Part shown: positions 1-11,960 of the stretch, piece after piece
Layout of the letters: each line of letters begins with the position of its first letter
How positions within the stretch are numbered: position 1 is the stretch's first letter
From: Isurus oxyrinchus
Lineage: Eukaryota
Direction of reading: 5' to 3'
Length of the DNA stretch: 64,000 bases
NCBI GenBank assembly: GCA_026770705.1
Contig: JANJGN010000042.1
Coordinates: 620,001 to 684,000, forward strand
The notes under the pieces: generated by a model
Told to the model about the DNA's origin: nothing
Databases searched by the model: none
Seen by the model: only the letters and a program-made list of their open reading frames with translations
Made by a program: the position numbers and the translations under genes

Positions 1-1205
1 TGTTTCAAACATGGACAAAAGAGCTGAACTCCCGAGGGGAGATGAGAGTGGCTGCCCTTGACATCAAGGCAGCATTTGGCAGAGTGTAGCATCAAGGGGC
101 CCTAGCAAACCGCGAGTCAATGGGAATCAGAGGGGAAATATCTGCTGCTTCTAACCATACCTAGCACAATGGGAGATGGTTGTGGTTGTCGGAGGTCTGT
201 CATCTCAGCTCTAGCAATTCACTGCAGGTTTTCTTTAGGGTAGTGTTCTCGGTCCAACATGTTCAGCTGCTTCATCAATGACCTTCCTTCCATCATATGG
301 TCAGAAGTGGCATGTTCGCTGATGATTGCACAATGTTAAGTAGCATTAACGACTGCTCAGGTACTGAAGCAGCCCATGTCCAAATGCAACAAGACCTGGA
401 CAATACATAGGCTTGCACGGACAAGTGGGAAGTAATTTGTGCACCGCTTAATTGTCGGGCAATGTCCATCTCCAACAAGGGAGAACCCAATCATCGCCCT
501 TTGTCATTCAATGGCATTCCCATCAATGAATCCCCAGTATCAAACCCTGGGGTTTGCCATTGACCAGAAACGGAATTGAACGAGCCATATAAATACTATG
601 GCTACAAGAGCAGGTCAGAGGCTAGGAATAGGGCGATGCGTAACTCACCTCCTGATTTTCCACAGCCTGTCCACCATCTGCAAGGCACAAGTCAGGAGTG
701 TGGTGGAATGCTCCTCGCTTGATTGAATGGGTGCAGCATCCAAAGCACTCAAGAAGCTTGACACCATTCAGAGCAATCGTTGGATTGGCAGCACACCCAA
801 AAACATTCACTCCCTCCACCACCATCGCACAGTAGCAGCAGTGTGTACCATCTACAAGATGAACTGCAGGAAATCACCAAGGCTCCTTCGGCTGCACATT
901 TCAAACCCTGACCACTGCCATCTAGAAAGACACAATCAGCAGACAGATGTGAACACCGCCAGATGGATGTTCCCCTCCAAATCACTCGCCTTCCTGACTT
1001 GGAATTATATCGCCATTCCTTCACTGTCGCTGGGCCAAAATCCTGGAAATCCTTTCCGAACAGCACTTTGGGTGCAGATACACCACATGGACTGTAGCAG
1101 TTCAAGAAGGCAGATCACCACCGCCTTTTTGAGGGCAACTAGTGATATGTAATAAATGTTGGCCCAGCCAACGAAGCCCATTTCACATGATTGGATAATA
1201 ATAAA
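1..1205 (+). mobile_element. Non-LTR retrotransposon (CR1/L2-group LINE), degenerate RT 3' portion with 3' tail
   Basis: Reads RVAALDIKAAF(G)RV*HQG near 45-100, GSVLGPT-FSCFINDL near 240-285 and MFADDC near 312-330, with stops and frameshifts. Ends in an aataaatg..gcccagcc..gccca tail also seen reversed at 22352 and 55595. Confidence 0.9.
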
Positions 1206-1529
1206 ATATATTGCATGTTAGCTTTCTCTAGTTTGTGTAACTGAGCACCCAAGTTATGAAAATTTACAATTATTTACCGGTGTCTCACCTGTTGAAACGC
1301 TGGATGATGATAGAATGCAACTCGACTGTGTTACTATCCCAGGGAAACTAAAGATTATTGTGCAATATTAACAAAGGACAGTGATGTGTGTGTAAATTAA
1401 CACGAAAGATAATTCATAAAATTAATGGTCCTGGCCTCCCATTTGGTGGTGATACTCGGATGATCAGCACTGATTGTAAATATAATTAAAGCCCTATTTT
1501 TTTCCACCCTTGCAGCATGTTTTTCTTGC

Positions 1530-1990
1530 CCACGTAGTGGGGTGGGGGAGATGAGGTGTGCATGAGGTGCGAGGATGTCGGGGTAGTTAGTAGTTGTTTT
1601 GGGGATGGGCGAGTAGTTAACGTGCTTTGCAGTCGGTTGGGGGCGAATGGATGGGCGATGGCTAGTGAGAGGTGTGCATTTGGGTCGAGGGGAAGGCAAT
1701 CGGGTCAGATTGCGCTTTCTGGGGTCAGTAGTTGGGGGGTGATGTGGTTTTTGTCGTGTGGGCTGAATGTGGGAGGTCTGTGCATGGGGTTTGGGCGTGC
1801 ATGGGCAGCGCCCCACAGTTATTCACTGACACATGCTAGAAATTAACACCGGGAAAATTCTAGGGCAAGCATGTGTTACACAGCAGGCACAAGAGTCCAA
1901 AACTGAAGTCAGTTTTGGGGTCATTTTCAGAGGGGCCCGGGTAGTACAGCTATGCCCATCAGAAGTTTAAAGTTCGCAGATAATTACCAT
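1530..1990 (+). repeat. Unclassified repeat: G-rich low-complexity arm plus conserved core
   Basis: G-rich tract followed by the core catcagaagttt(a/g)aagttc, shared with about 17690 and 24015. Confidence 0.45.
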
Positions 1991-2969
1991 GTTTGCTCCT
2001 GGATCAAGATTTCTGATTGGTCCTGATGTGCAGAGCGGCAGACATTTCAATATTTACCACTGTTGGCATCGGGCGATCCAGGTTAATGATGCAATCAGAA
2101 TCAAATTCACCGCAATGGACTCCAGACACCAGCTTCAGATAGAGGGAAATTACACAAGAGGGAAATGGAGACCAGGTCAAAGAAGGCTGGCGAAGGAGGA
2201 ATAACAAAAAAGAACACATGTTAAGAATTATCTTAAAGGATGATAAGTTTGTAGCGAGGACAACAGATTTAGGAGGTAATTCAGAACATGAAAGTCTTAA
2301 TATTTCACTGTACTCTTTCAAGCACTGATATACACAGTGAACACATTGCCGAGATATAGGCATAGAAGAGTCTCCAGTGATTCAATTTAACCATACACTG
2401 GCTGACATTAAGTACAGTCACTTAACAAACAAGATGCCTTAACCCTTTCATTCCATCAATTTCTATGGAAAAATATAATAAAAACAACATGGCATTCCTG
2501 TCAAGGTAATTCATTCAAAGCAAGCACATGACGTCAGCCACTTTTGTGAGAAACAGATTATGGAAGCTTGCAGGCTTGCAGCACACCTTGAGAAATAAAT
2601 AGATTCAAATGCAGAGTTCTGATTGTTTTGGTGATAAAAATTCTGCCCAGCAATTTCACGTTATCAATTCATTTCTCAGGCGATGAACATAACACAAGAT
2701 CCCGGGGGATGGTCAGAAGCAGTAACAGTCCTAAAGGATGTATGGTTGATGATCATCCCGTGATCAGAAAGTAAAAAGTGAACTGATAATTTGAAACTTA
2801 TGTCTGGTCTAACACTAAACGTATACGTGATACCTCCGAGTGAAACTTATTATGGAAATGATAAAACAGTTTAACTTGAAAACTGGCCTTGCAAATGATA
2901 CCCCGGTGTAACAAAAACCATGTAACTGAAATCCATGGAATATTAGTGCCCATGTAGAAAACGGACAAT

Positions 2970-3450
2970 CTAAATTGACCTTGTGCCTGACACCACTGAC
3001 TTACAGTGATCACGTAACTGATACCTGGTCGCACAGTGCTCATTTAAATGTTACCGAAGTCCAGCAGTGGGTGTTTTACAGATTCTGTCATCAAACGGTT
3101 ACCATGGGATTGAAACCTGATGTTCTGCTGGCCTTGTATCCGACACGCCGATCTAACAGTGACCTTGTAACCAATGTCCCGATCCACAGTTTACCTTGTA
3201 CCAGCAGTCTGTTCTAATTGCCACTTTGTAACTGATAATCCAGCCTAACAGTGGCCTTGTAACTGTTATCATGATCTAACATTGGCCATGTACTTGATAG
3301 TTCAGTCCAGCAGTGACATTTTAACTGATAATTGAATCTAACAGTGACTTTGTACCGGATGTCCCAATTTAACCCTGATCATTTATTTGAGGCTCTGGCT
3401 GTCAATGACTTTGTGACTGATATCCCAGTTTAATAGTGACTTTTTACCCG
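2970..3450. repeat. Degenerate ~31-bp minisatellite
   Basis: Units such as ctaacagtgaccttgtaaccaatgtcccgat and ctaacagtggccttgtaactgttatcatgat recur every 30-31 bp. Confidence 0.8.
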
Positions 3451-3999
3451 ATCCTACGGCGTGAAATTGACCTCTTGTTACGTTAGTGTCATTGTTCAGA
3501 TGTGTTTTTTTTCAATGTAATCTTTAGTTTTGGAAATTAGAGATTTAACTGATGGCAGTGGGTACATCTGGTGACGAAACTGGCAAATGCAGCCCTAAAT
3601 TTAATGCAATGGAATCAGCCTTGGTGTTTATTATTCTTAGAAGGCTGGAGCCATGTTGACTTAAGATTTAACAGCCAGGAAGTTAAGGCCTTCATACTGC
3701 AGGTGGTCTTAATTAGCTGCGGAACAGGAACAGGACTTCTATAGTTATTCCAATCAATTAAAAGCTATTTACGTGGTTTACCAGAATTGAGGAAAGTTTT
3801 GGAATTAACGGATAATTATTTTGCCATTCTACACGGTAACAGACCATGTGTGTCACGTTTATGTGAAGATATCTGGAGCTCAGTTGAGAGTTTAGAAAAA
3901 GATGGAGTGCAAAAATATATTTGTGATCAAAATTTGGTTCAAGTTCGCGGTGTTTACTTCAAGAATTAAAACTTTTGTCAACTGTAGGGATTTCATACT

Positions 4000-4540
4000 C
4001 TCTCAACACATGGCCTCACAGTCACACAAATGCAAATGTGTGTGTGCACACACATACACACACACACATACATATACACAACAGATACAAATGCAGATAT
4101 ACACAACCCCATAAGCAGACTCATGCAGGATATGTAAACATATACATGAATATGTTCATTACTATGCTTCAACGAACACAAAAATATAGATCTAAAGACA
4201 CACTATCATGCACAGTAATGCAAATACATATGCATTTCCATACACACATTAACAAATTGACACACGGGCACTTAGATGAACAGGCAATAGCATTTTCACA
4301 AACACCGAACAAGAAACGAAGATGAATATATTCACACACCCACAATAACACAAACACATAGAAACACACAGTTTAGTACACATGGACAACTAAACAGACA
4401 TAAACACATAGTTATAAACATCCATCAACACATAAAGGCACGCCGTAACATATTCACACGCTCATGCAGGCAAAATTATTAACATAGCAAACAGAGAACC
4501 TAAAAAGTCATAATATCAGATACATTAACAAGCAAGGACG
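4000..4540. repeat. Degenerate CA-rich simple repeat, resuming at 5710-5950 after a Penelope insertion
   Basis: acacac/acaaac-rich sequence on both sides of the 4542-5708 element. Confidence 0.75.
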
Positions 4541-4541
4541 G

Positions 4542-5708
4542 AATAAAACGCAAAAATAGCTGGAAAACTCCACAGGTCTGACAGCATCTGCGGAGAAGAT
4601 CACAGTTAACGTTTCGAGTCCGCATGAATCTTCATCAGAATTAAGGAAAAATAGAAATGAGGTGAAATATAAACTGGTTGAAGGGGTTCGGACAGGTAGA
4701 GCTGGATAGAGAGCCAGTGATAGGTGGAGGCAAAGAAGAGATTGCCAAAGATGTCATAGGCAAAAGGACAAATGAATGTTAACGGTGGTGATGTTAGCAA
4801 AGGAACATGCTAATGGTGACATCAACGGTGGAAAGCAGGACGAGCAAGTGACAGATAGCCTCCGTGGGACTGTGGTGGGGGAAAGGGATCGAAATAGGCT
4901 AAAAGGTGGAGGTAAAACAATGAGTGGATATTAAATTAAAAATATTAGAAATAGGTGGAAAAAGAAAAGCATATTAATTTTTTTTTTAAATTATAAAGTA
5001 TTGCAAATATTGGACTATACGCAGACACCGGTCTGTCTGCCAGCATGACTCAGACCTCCTGGTCACTTGCCATTTCAACACACCACCCTGCTATCATGCC
5101 CACGTGTCCGTCCTTGGCCTGCTGCAATGTTCTGGGAAGGTCAACGCAAACTGGAGGAACAGCACCTCATCTTCTGATTAGGCACATTACCGACTTCCAG
5201 ACTTAACATTGATTTCAACAACTTCAGATCATCAATTTTCTCCTCCATCCACACCCCCTTTCCGATCCCCTATTTCCAAAAATTTATAATTTTTAAAATA
5301 TGATTTTTTAAATATATTTTCCTTTTCCCACCTATTTCAATTATTTTTAAATTGATTTCCATTCATTTTTTCTTCACCTTTTAGCCTATTTCGGTCTCTT
5401 CCCCCCACCGCAACCCCATCACATTTCCACCATCAACACCCCTTTATCCTTTACTCGTTGACATCATTGGAAATCTCTTCTTTGCCACCACCTATCACGG
5501 GCCCTCTATCCAGCTCTACCTATCCCACCCCCCTCAACCAGCTTATATTTCACCTCATTTCTATTTTTCCTCAGTTCTGATGAAGAGTCATCCGGACTCG
5601 TAACATTAACTCTATTCCCCTCCGCAGATGATGTCAGACCTGCTAAGTTTTTGCAGCTATTCTTGTTTTTGTTTCAGATTTACAACATCCACAGTATTTT
5701 GCTTTTAT
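4542..5708 (+). mobile_element. Penelope-like retroelement, 5'-truncated, with inverted 3' terminal repeat
   Basis: 5020-5230 encodes a GIY-YIG C-terminus (..LVTCHFN..HAHVSVLGLLQC..QRKLEEQHLIF*LGTL...LNIDFNNFR). About 4545-5000 is the reverse complement of about 5280-5670. Each arm has a hammerhead core. Confidence 0.85.
4604..4642 (-). ncRNA. Minimal type I hammerhead ribozyme motif in a Penelope terminal repeat
   Basis: Minus strand reads aatt-CTGATGA-agattc-atgcg-gactc-GAAA-cgtt-aact: both core boxes intact, stem II with one mismatch, palindromic ACGT stem III. The plus-strand copy at 5573-5611 has GAAA mutated to GTAA. Confidence 0.65.
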
Positions 5709-6541
5709 GGACGTAAACAAAATCTTTGACACAGGCATTAATAAGTGAACATAAACATCAACGCATAAACAGGCACACTGATACACAAACATTTACAAAT
5801 GAACAAACAAACATACACAGGTGCGCCACACATAATTAAGCATATCAACATTCATTCCACATCAACACACACATCAGCATTCATACAACATGGCACACAA
5901 ACACAGTTAAATGCAGAGCACGAGACACCCCTGCACGCTATACGCAAATATATATTTAAAAAAAAAACAAATGCCAGATGGAACTCTATTTCAAGTGTCC
6001 TTTTTTAGCCGGCACATCTTCCAAAAATTTCTGGGAGCACATAAAAACCCAGGAAACACACTGAAGCAATGTTCTGAATAATAAACTGATTTAAGTTAAC
6101 TATGTGCCAAACATTACTACCACAAATAAACAAACAAGTTGAAAATTTACAGAGTTCAGAATCTCAGAATTAATAGAGATCAGTACCTACCATTAAAATA
6201 ATTGTTATCAATTATTAAACGTCCTGCAATTTACTGCATTATCTAATCCAATGATAGGCCGCACGAAATTGATCCAAAATGAACTGGTACCGAAGGGGGA
6301 AAAGACACTTTTTTCCAATACAGGCAGGATGAGGAAAGTAAAATGAGAACAGCTGTGGGGTTAGTGACAGGCAGAGATTGCTGAGAGTCGCCAATTTATT
6401 ACCAGATATGCACTGAAAATTTAATGAGAAGACAAATCAATAGTTTGAGGGAAATACAATAGATTTAATATATATTTTAAAAAGTAAGATGCCCTCGGAT
6501 TCTAACAATGTAATTAAATTTCCTCGGTTATATTCCTATAG

Positions 6542-6669
6542 ATTCCACAGAACGCATGTGGATTGAAGGCAATGAGGACGATAACGGGAACGTCTGCACA
6601 ACAGCTTCCACATCCATTGCCCTGTTCGTCCTGAGCATTTTCTACAGAACTGCCGTCACTCTGGTGAAT
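6542..6669 (+). CDS. Immunoglobulin heavy-chain membrane exon TM1 (IgM-like), copy 1, partly degenerate
   Basis: Acceptor ttatattcctatAG, phase 1, then (D)STERMWIEGNEDDNGNVCTTASTSIALFVLSIFYRTAVTLVN, donor GTGAGA at 6670. Matches the IgH TM pattern: acidic spacer + [W]TTASTFIVLFxLSxFYxxxVTLxK. Confidence 0.85.
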
Positions 6670-6809
6670 GTGAGAAAATTGAATTTACTAACACGACAAG
6701 CTGACAGAAGCGGTTTGAAAACTTTCTTAATGTTTCAACGATTAAGATCTATAACATAAATGCACCAAATCATAAACATCTGCTTCAGTATATTTTCCCT
6801 CTTTTACAG

Positions 6810-6818
6810 ATCAAGTGA
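6810..6818 (+). CDS. IgH membrane exon TM2 (IK*), copy 1, followed by 3'UTR
   Basis: Strong acceptor ttttccctcttttacAG then ATC AAG TGA, after a 140-nt intron. Equivalent to the VK* of IgM TM2. The poly(A) signal position reads AATGAA (7239-7244) where the other copies have AATAAA. Confidence 0.8.
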   Translation: MK

Positions 6819-8276
6819 TCGGTTGAATTTCGGACCCCGTAGCTTTTCCTTTAATTCCAATTTAAAATGTGCTCTCTTGGTCACTGTAAAAGTGAAATGT
6901 TCTCACTTTGTAATTCCCGATCTGTAACCGACCTGCCACAGAATTTCCGTTTTTCTGTTTGTAATGTGCGAGGTGTTAATGGTCGTAATGAAATTGGAGC
7001 ATCTAATTTCCATGGACTTAGAATTCCATTTGTCTTTAATTAACTTTTCTCGTTCCATTTTCACTATTGTTCCCTTCCCTTTCCGTTGAGCTGCTGTTTT
7101 CTCTTTCTGATCTATGTTTCCGTGGTACATACGATTTACCAACTCAGAGTGCATGTTCCCAATGTGACGCTCAGGCATTATATTCACGTCTGTTAACCAT
7201 TACATAAACTTTCATGTAAAATATTCTTTGAAATTGCTAATGAATGTGGAATGTAAAGTGAACTAACTATGGCTTTGCTGAATTCCTTTTTCTGCGGTCC
7301 ATCGACACTGCTCCATTTTCCCTATTACACATTTCTCCCTATTTCACCAGTCCTGTCTGGGATCTATTTGCCCAGAAGGCCCCAATGGGCCACGCATCGC
7401 CCCTTCCGTGCAAAGGGACCTTTACCTCTGCCTGTTTCTGGCGATTGCCTGAGGCGGAATGATTGAACAGGGAGGGCCACCTCGGTGATTTGACTCATAC
7501 TCTGGGCGGTCACAGTCACATGTCAGGTAATTTTATACAGTAGCGTTCGACTTCATCAGAGGCTGACGCATGACAGGATGTTGGATCAGAAATCTTCCTT
7601 TACACTGCCCTAGCCAACACTCCCACGGTTGGTACAGCCAGGGTCATAACAGGGTTAAGATCCCTCTGCATTGTCCAATTAAACACTTTGAAGGCAGGGA
7701 TGCCGCTGGCTAGATATATAACACAGGCATAATTGGGAGCATTAATCAAGGGGCGATTCCAGAGACTCGAACGTGTCTGGCACTGATATATGATCGAGTG
7801 AAAATCCTGTAAATTATTACAGAGCTTTAGGTCTATTGCACATACCAGGGGGACAAAACCGCGAAAATGCGAAAAGACGGGGTTCCACGTGATGCAGCAA
7901 GTAAACATAAACATGGGGCTTGTTCCTTGATCCTGGGGCCTATCGAATACTGAGACACTGGTTTCGAAGTATTTCTTAAATACATAAACAGGCATTACTC
8001 GCACCCCACCAAACCAACGCCTTTCTGTTAAGAACATATACGGTCCACATTCCGGTAAATACACACTGACTGTCCACTTCCAACTTTTCTTTTAAATCGA
8101 TTAGCCCTGTCATTCTCCCTTTTCCTTCGATTGTGAACTGTTTCCCTTATCTGCTCATTCCCCCTGATACCATCTCCTTGTTCTCACTGAGCATAACCCC
8201 AGGGATCCTCTCTCCCTGCTCCAATCCTTCTGATACAATCTCCCTGAACTAAATGAACATCACCCCAAGGTTTCGT

Positions 8277-8460
8277 AAACACAGAAAATGCTGCTAAACC
8301 TCAGCAGGCGGACAGCACCTGTGGAAGAAGGAATAGAGTTGACGTTTCGAGTCCGTCTGATGAAACGTTATAGCTTTGTTTCTGTCTCCACAGATGCTGT
8401 CAGACCTGCAGAGTTTTCTGTGTTTCTGTCAGATTTCCAGCATCTGCAGTTTTATTCTTT
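8277..8460. mobile_element. Short palindromic Penelope terminal-repeat insertion
   Basis: Inverted arms (cagaaaatgctg..cagcacctgtgga / tccacagatgctg..cagcatctgcag), flanked by the probable target duplication atcacccc.agg / atcaccctcggg. Confidence 0.7.
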
Positions 8461-8764
8461 TATCACCCTCGGGGTTTTGTTCCATCTGCTTCATTGTTTT
8501 TTCAGTGGTTCCTTCAGCGCCTCCCAATCATGGGAATATCAGGAGAAGTTCTCTCCACGACATTTCAACATTTTCTCTAATATCCCAGAGTTCACGGGCG
8601 AGGTTCCTTGTTGTTGAAAGTAGGAAGAGTGAGGCAGGGAAAAATTACCGACGCGTCTTAAAGACTCGGAATGCTGTTTGTTAATCGGTGAAGTTACTGT
8701 TAAAGCCTTTATCTCTCCCAATCTGACTCCCATCCTCTTCCACAGCCATTTCAGGACATTTCAA

Positions 8765-9005
8765 ACAACAACAGAAAAGGCAATAAAAGCTCAGCAGGTC
8801 TGACAGCATCTGCGAAGGAAAAGACAGAGTTAATATTTCGAGTCCGTATGACTCTTCTTCAGAGTCTTCTTCTCTGAAGAAAAGTCATACGGATTTGAAA
8901 CGTTAATTCTGCCTTTCTGTCCACAGATGCTGTTAGACGTGCTGCGTTTTTCCAGCATTTTCTGTCTGTGTTCCAGATTTCCTGCATCCGCAGTATTTTT
9001 CTTTT
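8765..9005. mobile_element. Short palindromic Penelope terminal-repeat insertion
   Basis: Inverted arms around ctcttcttcagagtcttcttctctgaaga. Flanking direct repeat ttcaggacat at 8750 and 9010. Confidence 0.75.
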
Positions 9006-9509
9006 ACCGTTCAGGACATCTCTCCACTGTTAGCTGCATTTATTTTTAGCCACCACCGTTGTGCTCCTGTGTTTCTCTGTCCTTTCCCAGTCTCAGAAAC
9101 ACTCAATGGACGCACGGCCCCAATAAGATGCCAAGAACTCACTCCCACGGGCCCACAGTCCTCAGTCAGGAGTCACAGGTGGAACAAACTTTCCCGCTGA
9201 GTGGGGGCTGTGGACGGCTCGCTGCTGAATCAGTGCGGGAAATTATCAATTACGGTCGATATATGTTACGGTTCAATGAGTGTTGAAATTGAGTGGCTAT
9301 TTTAATGAGAACGGAAGTCATCTTTTCATTCAATTAAAACACTTTTTAATAAACAGCAGGCACGAGCAGGGTATGACTTCACAATAACATGGCCTTCGTC
9401 GATTGGTCCTGCAGCGAATGATGTCACAATTTTTCCAACATGTCACTGCACCGTGATTGGTTCTTGTTCCATTAAAGTTGGCTTACTCTGGATATTCCAA
9501 TATGCTTTT

Positions 9510-10050
9510 CGACCGTCACTCTGCACCTTATGAGACAATGATCGCTGTCTCCTTGATATTCCCCGCAGACACTTGATCTACCTGTCTAACCTCATTTGCA
9601 AGAGCCAGGTCTAGCAGTGCCTCCTTTCTTGTTGTACCGGATACATACTGCTATACAACATTCTCCTGAACACAATCGAGGAGCTCTTGCCCTTCTCTGT
9701 CCTTTATACTGTGAGTATCCCAGTCTATATTCCGGTAATTAAAGTGCCCTATTATTAGTATTCTTTCATCATTGCACCTCTGTGTTTACCCTGCAGAATT
9801 GTTCCATTACATCCTTCCTACTGGCAGACGGACGGCAGACAACACCTAGCACTTAATGGCACATTTTTCCCCCGTAGATCTCGCCAAATTGATTCTGTCC
9901 TTCAACCTTCTGGGACATCCTCTTTCTGCAGCACTGCCATGGTCTCCTTAAACAATACCGTCACCCCCGTCCTTTTCTTCCTGCACAATCTTTACTGCAT
10001 ACCTTTTACAGAGAAATATTTAGCATCCAGTCCTGCACTTCCTTGATCCT
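9510..10050 (-). mobile_element. CR1 LINE ORF2 endonuclease fragment, degenerate
   Basis: Reverse strand gives ..RKKRTGVTVLFKETMAVLQKEDVPEG.., an APE-like segment, with many stops. Confidence 0.6.
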
Positions 10051-10784
10051 GTTGAAAACGGAAGTCTATGAAACGAAAAGCCAGAGGCAGCGTGGCCGAA
10101 TTTATGAGAGAATTGCAGTAAGGTGATGCAGTGCATAATTTCCAAAGCAGTAAGTGTACAATTATCTTGAGGCTGCTTTAAAAACTCGCGTTGTAACTTA
10201 TAACATTAGACAAGCATGTGAACATCGAATATCACATGACAATCCTGCAGCCTGTGTTACATTTCCTGTCCTGTTTGAAAATTCTTGCATCGGGGCATTT
10301 TCTACCACAGCGTGCATTCACTTGTGCAGCACTCACTTAGTGTTTAAAGGGCTTTTCAAGTATATGAAAGTGTTAGAAAAATTTGAACATTTTTAAAGTC
10401 CGTAGAAGTGTTTTAGATCAGAACAAAACACCCATCTGCCTTTGGCCTGAAAAGGGACCGCAGGGAACTTGTATCAGGCTCGTGACTTCAGGAGGGGCGG
10501 CCGTCGTCAGAAGTCACCCCGATGCTACATTTCACAGATCATTTTGTCCATGGGCCATGCATCAGCCAAAGGCTTAAATTCTGGCGGCAGCCAGTGAACA
10601 AGTCAAATTGGGATTCTCCAGAGCAATCAGGGCCAAAGGCCTCTCATTCACCCCTGACCACAAAATCCAGGTCGGTATCTTTTTATGAGAAAATAAATTG
10701 TGATCATGCTGCAATCTCTGGGTGTCAACTCCATTGAAAAAAAAAACTTTTTATTCTCCCAAAACATAAACGTCAGTCCTGAAG

Positions 10785-10880
10785 CAGCTGGGCTGAACTG
10801 TTTTTATTTAAAATTAATGTATTTAATACAAGAGATCAAACCACCTAATTAACTCCCTGGCGCTTCACATCAGTTATAAA
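10785..10880 (+). promoter_or_regulatory. GPCR gene 1 proximal promoter module
   Basis: CAGCTG 10785, TAATTA 10846, TCCCTGGCG 10854 and TATAAA 10875 (57 nt before the ATG). Positions are conserved in the paralogous promoters. Confidence 0.6.
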
Positions 10881-11099
10881 TGTGACAATCTTTCAGTGCA
10901 GTGCAGAAGGCGTTCAGAACATTTGTTGAAAATGCATGGATCACCAAAAGACCTTCTGTCTGCCATTTATTATCCAGTCCTTGCAGCTCTCGGGGTTCCA
11001 GGTAAAGTATTGTAATTAGTATTTTGATACGGAAATTGGTTATCTGCAGGAATTCTACCTTTTAAAAGCATTGTATATCCATAACGTTATACCCATGCT

Positions 11100-11560
11100 C
11101 CCAGTTCGCCCTTTATCTGTACAATTCTTCCCATTAATGGAGCAATTTCCCTCTTTTAACAAGTATATTTTATCCCTCTAAAAGAACATTTTCCCCACTT
11201 TATAGGTATAATGTCTCAATTTTGACAATATAATTTGTTCCCTTTGCCTAAAAGTCTCACCGCTAATGGCTTAATAATATGCTATTAAAGGTGCAATTCC
11301 TCGCTGTTAGTGGCATAATATAACATTGTTAAAAGCAAAATTTCACAATTTAAGTGCTATCATATCACCCTGCAAAGTGTGCAATTTCTCGCTGTTAATG
11401 GAAAAATATTACCCTGTTCAGGGTGAAATTTCTCGTTGTTAGCGGTATAATATCCCCCTTATAAGGGTGTAATTTTTCGTTGTAAGTGGTATTATATTAC
11501 CGTCTTCAACGGTGTTTTGCACCATTTAGTACTCGTGTATTTTCACACTGTTATCGCAGT
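11100..11560. repeat. Degenerate 22/44-bp tandem repeat in intron 1 of GPCR gene 1
   Basis: g(g/t)gtg.aattt.tcg.tgt unit at 11377, 11421 and 11465 (period 44). Confidence 0.7.
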
Positions 11561-11589
11561 GCAATTGCCTTTCCATTCTGTTACTGGCA

Positions 11590-11960
11590 TTGTTGCTGAA
11601 GGAGAATTATCACATTGTAATCACGGTGCAAGTGTAATTGTCTTCTGTTACTGCAGGTGTATTTTAACAGTGACATTACAGTCTAAATGTTTTTCCATTG
11701 TGTTTCCAGTATCGTTACTGAAGGTGAATTATCACATTGCAATCACGGTGTGAATGTGATCACCTTCTGTTACTGACAGTCTAACTGTGGTTGAGTGATC
11801 ACACTTTAATCACAGTATGAATATGTTCGTGTTCTGTTACTGACAGTCGAACTGTGGTTATGTTATCATACTTTAAACGCACTGTGAAATGGATCATCTT
11901 CTGTTACTGACAGTCGAACTGTGGATGAGCTATCACACTGTTTTCACAGTGCAAATGCAA
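11590..11960. repeat. 67-bp minisatellite
   Basis: ttctgttactgacagtc at 11765, 11832 and 11899. Confidence 0.8.

Larger units (their letters stand above)
6523..9060 (+). repeat. Segmental duplication block (IgH TM, 3'UTR and downstream flank), paralogous to 61376-63925 and partly to 19085-20830
   Basis: Colinear similarity throughout, e.g. ggccacctcggtgattt..ctctgggcggtcacagtcacatgtc and aagatccctctgcattgtcc.attaaacactttgaa, plus two Penelope insertions shared at the same sites. Confidence 0.9.

Noticed and set aside
1284-1346. Minus-strand GTGAGA donor next to an EBF-like TCCCAGGGA
   Set aside because: Isolated motifs with no matching exon peptide or paralogous support.
2521-2775. TGACGTCA CRE site and a possible small exon after catttctcAG
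   Set aside because: The translations resemble neither Ig nor GPCR sequence, and a single motif is insufficient.
2881-2919. Perfect RSS nonamer ACAAAAACC at 2911-2919
   Set aside because: No CACAGTG-like heptamer at 12 or 22/23 spacing and no adjacent V, D or J segment.
2970-3450. 31-bp periodic array as a CRISPR-like locus
   Set aside because: Contiguous degenerate units with no unique spacers, in a vertebrate context.
4029-4226. Octamer ATGCAAAT motifs as Ig enhancer elements
   Set aside because: They lie inside CA-rich low-complexity sequence, where they arise by chance.
6514-6660. Minus-strand exon reading (SDGSSVENAQDEQ...) with an apparent acceptor
   Set aside because: It is the antisense of the Ig TM1 exon, and the paralog has a stop in that frame.
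8460-8617. ORF ends EVPCC* in both duplicates (possible prenylation motif)
   Set aside because: The frames differ upstream between copies and the ORFs begin inside Penelope insertions. Shared ancestry of non-coding DNA explains the match.
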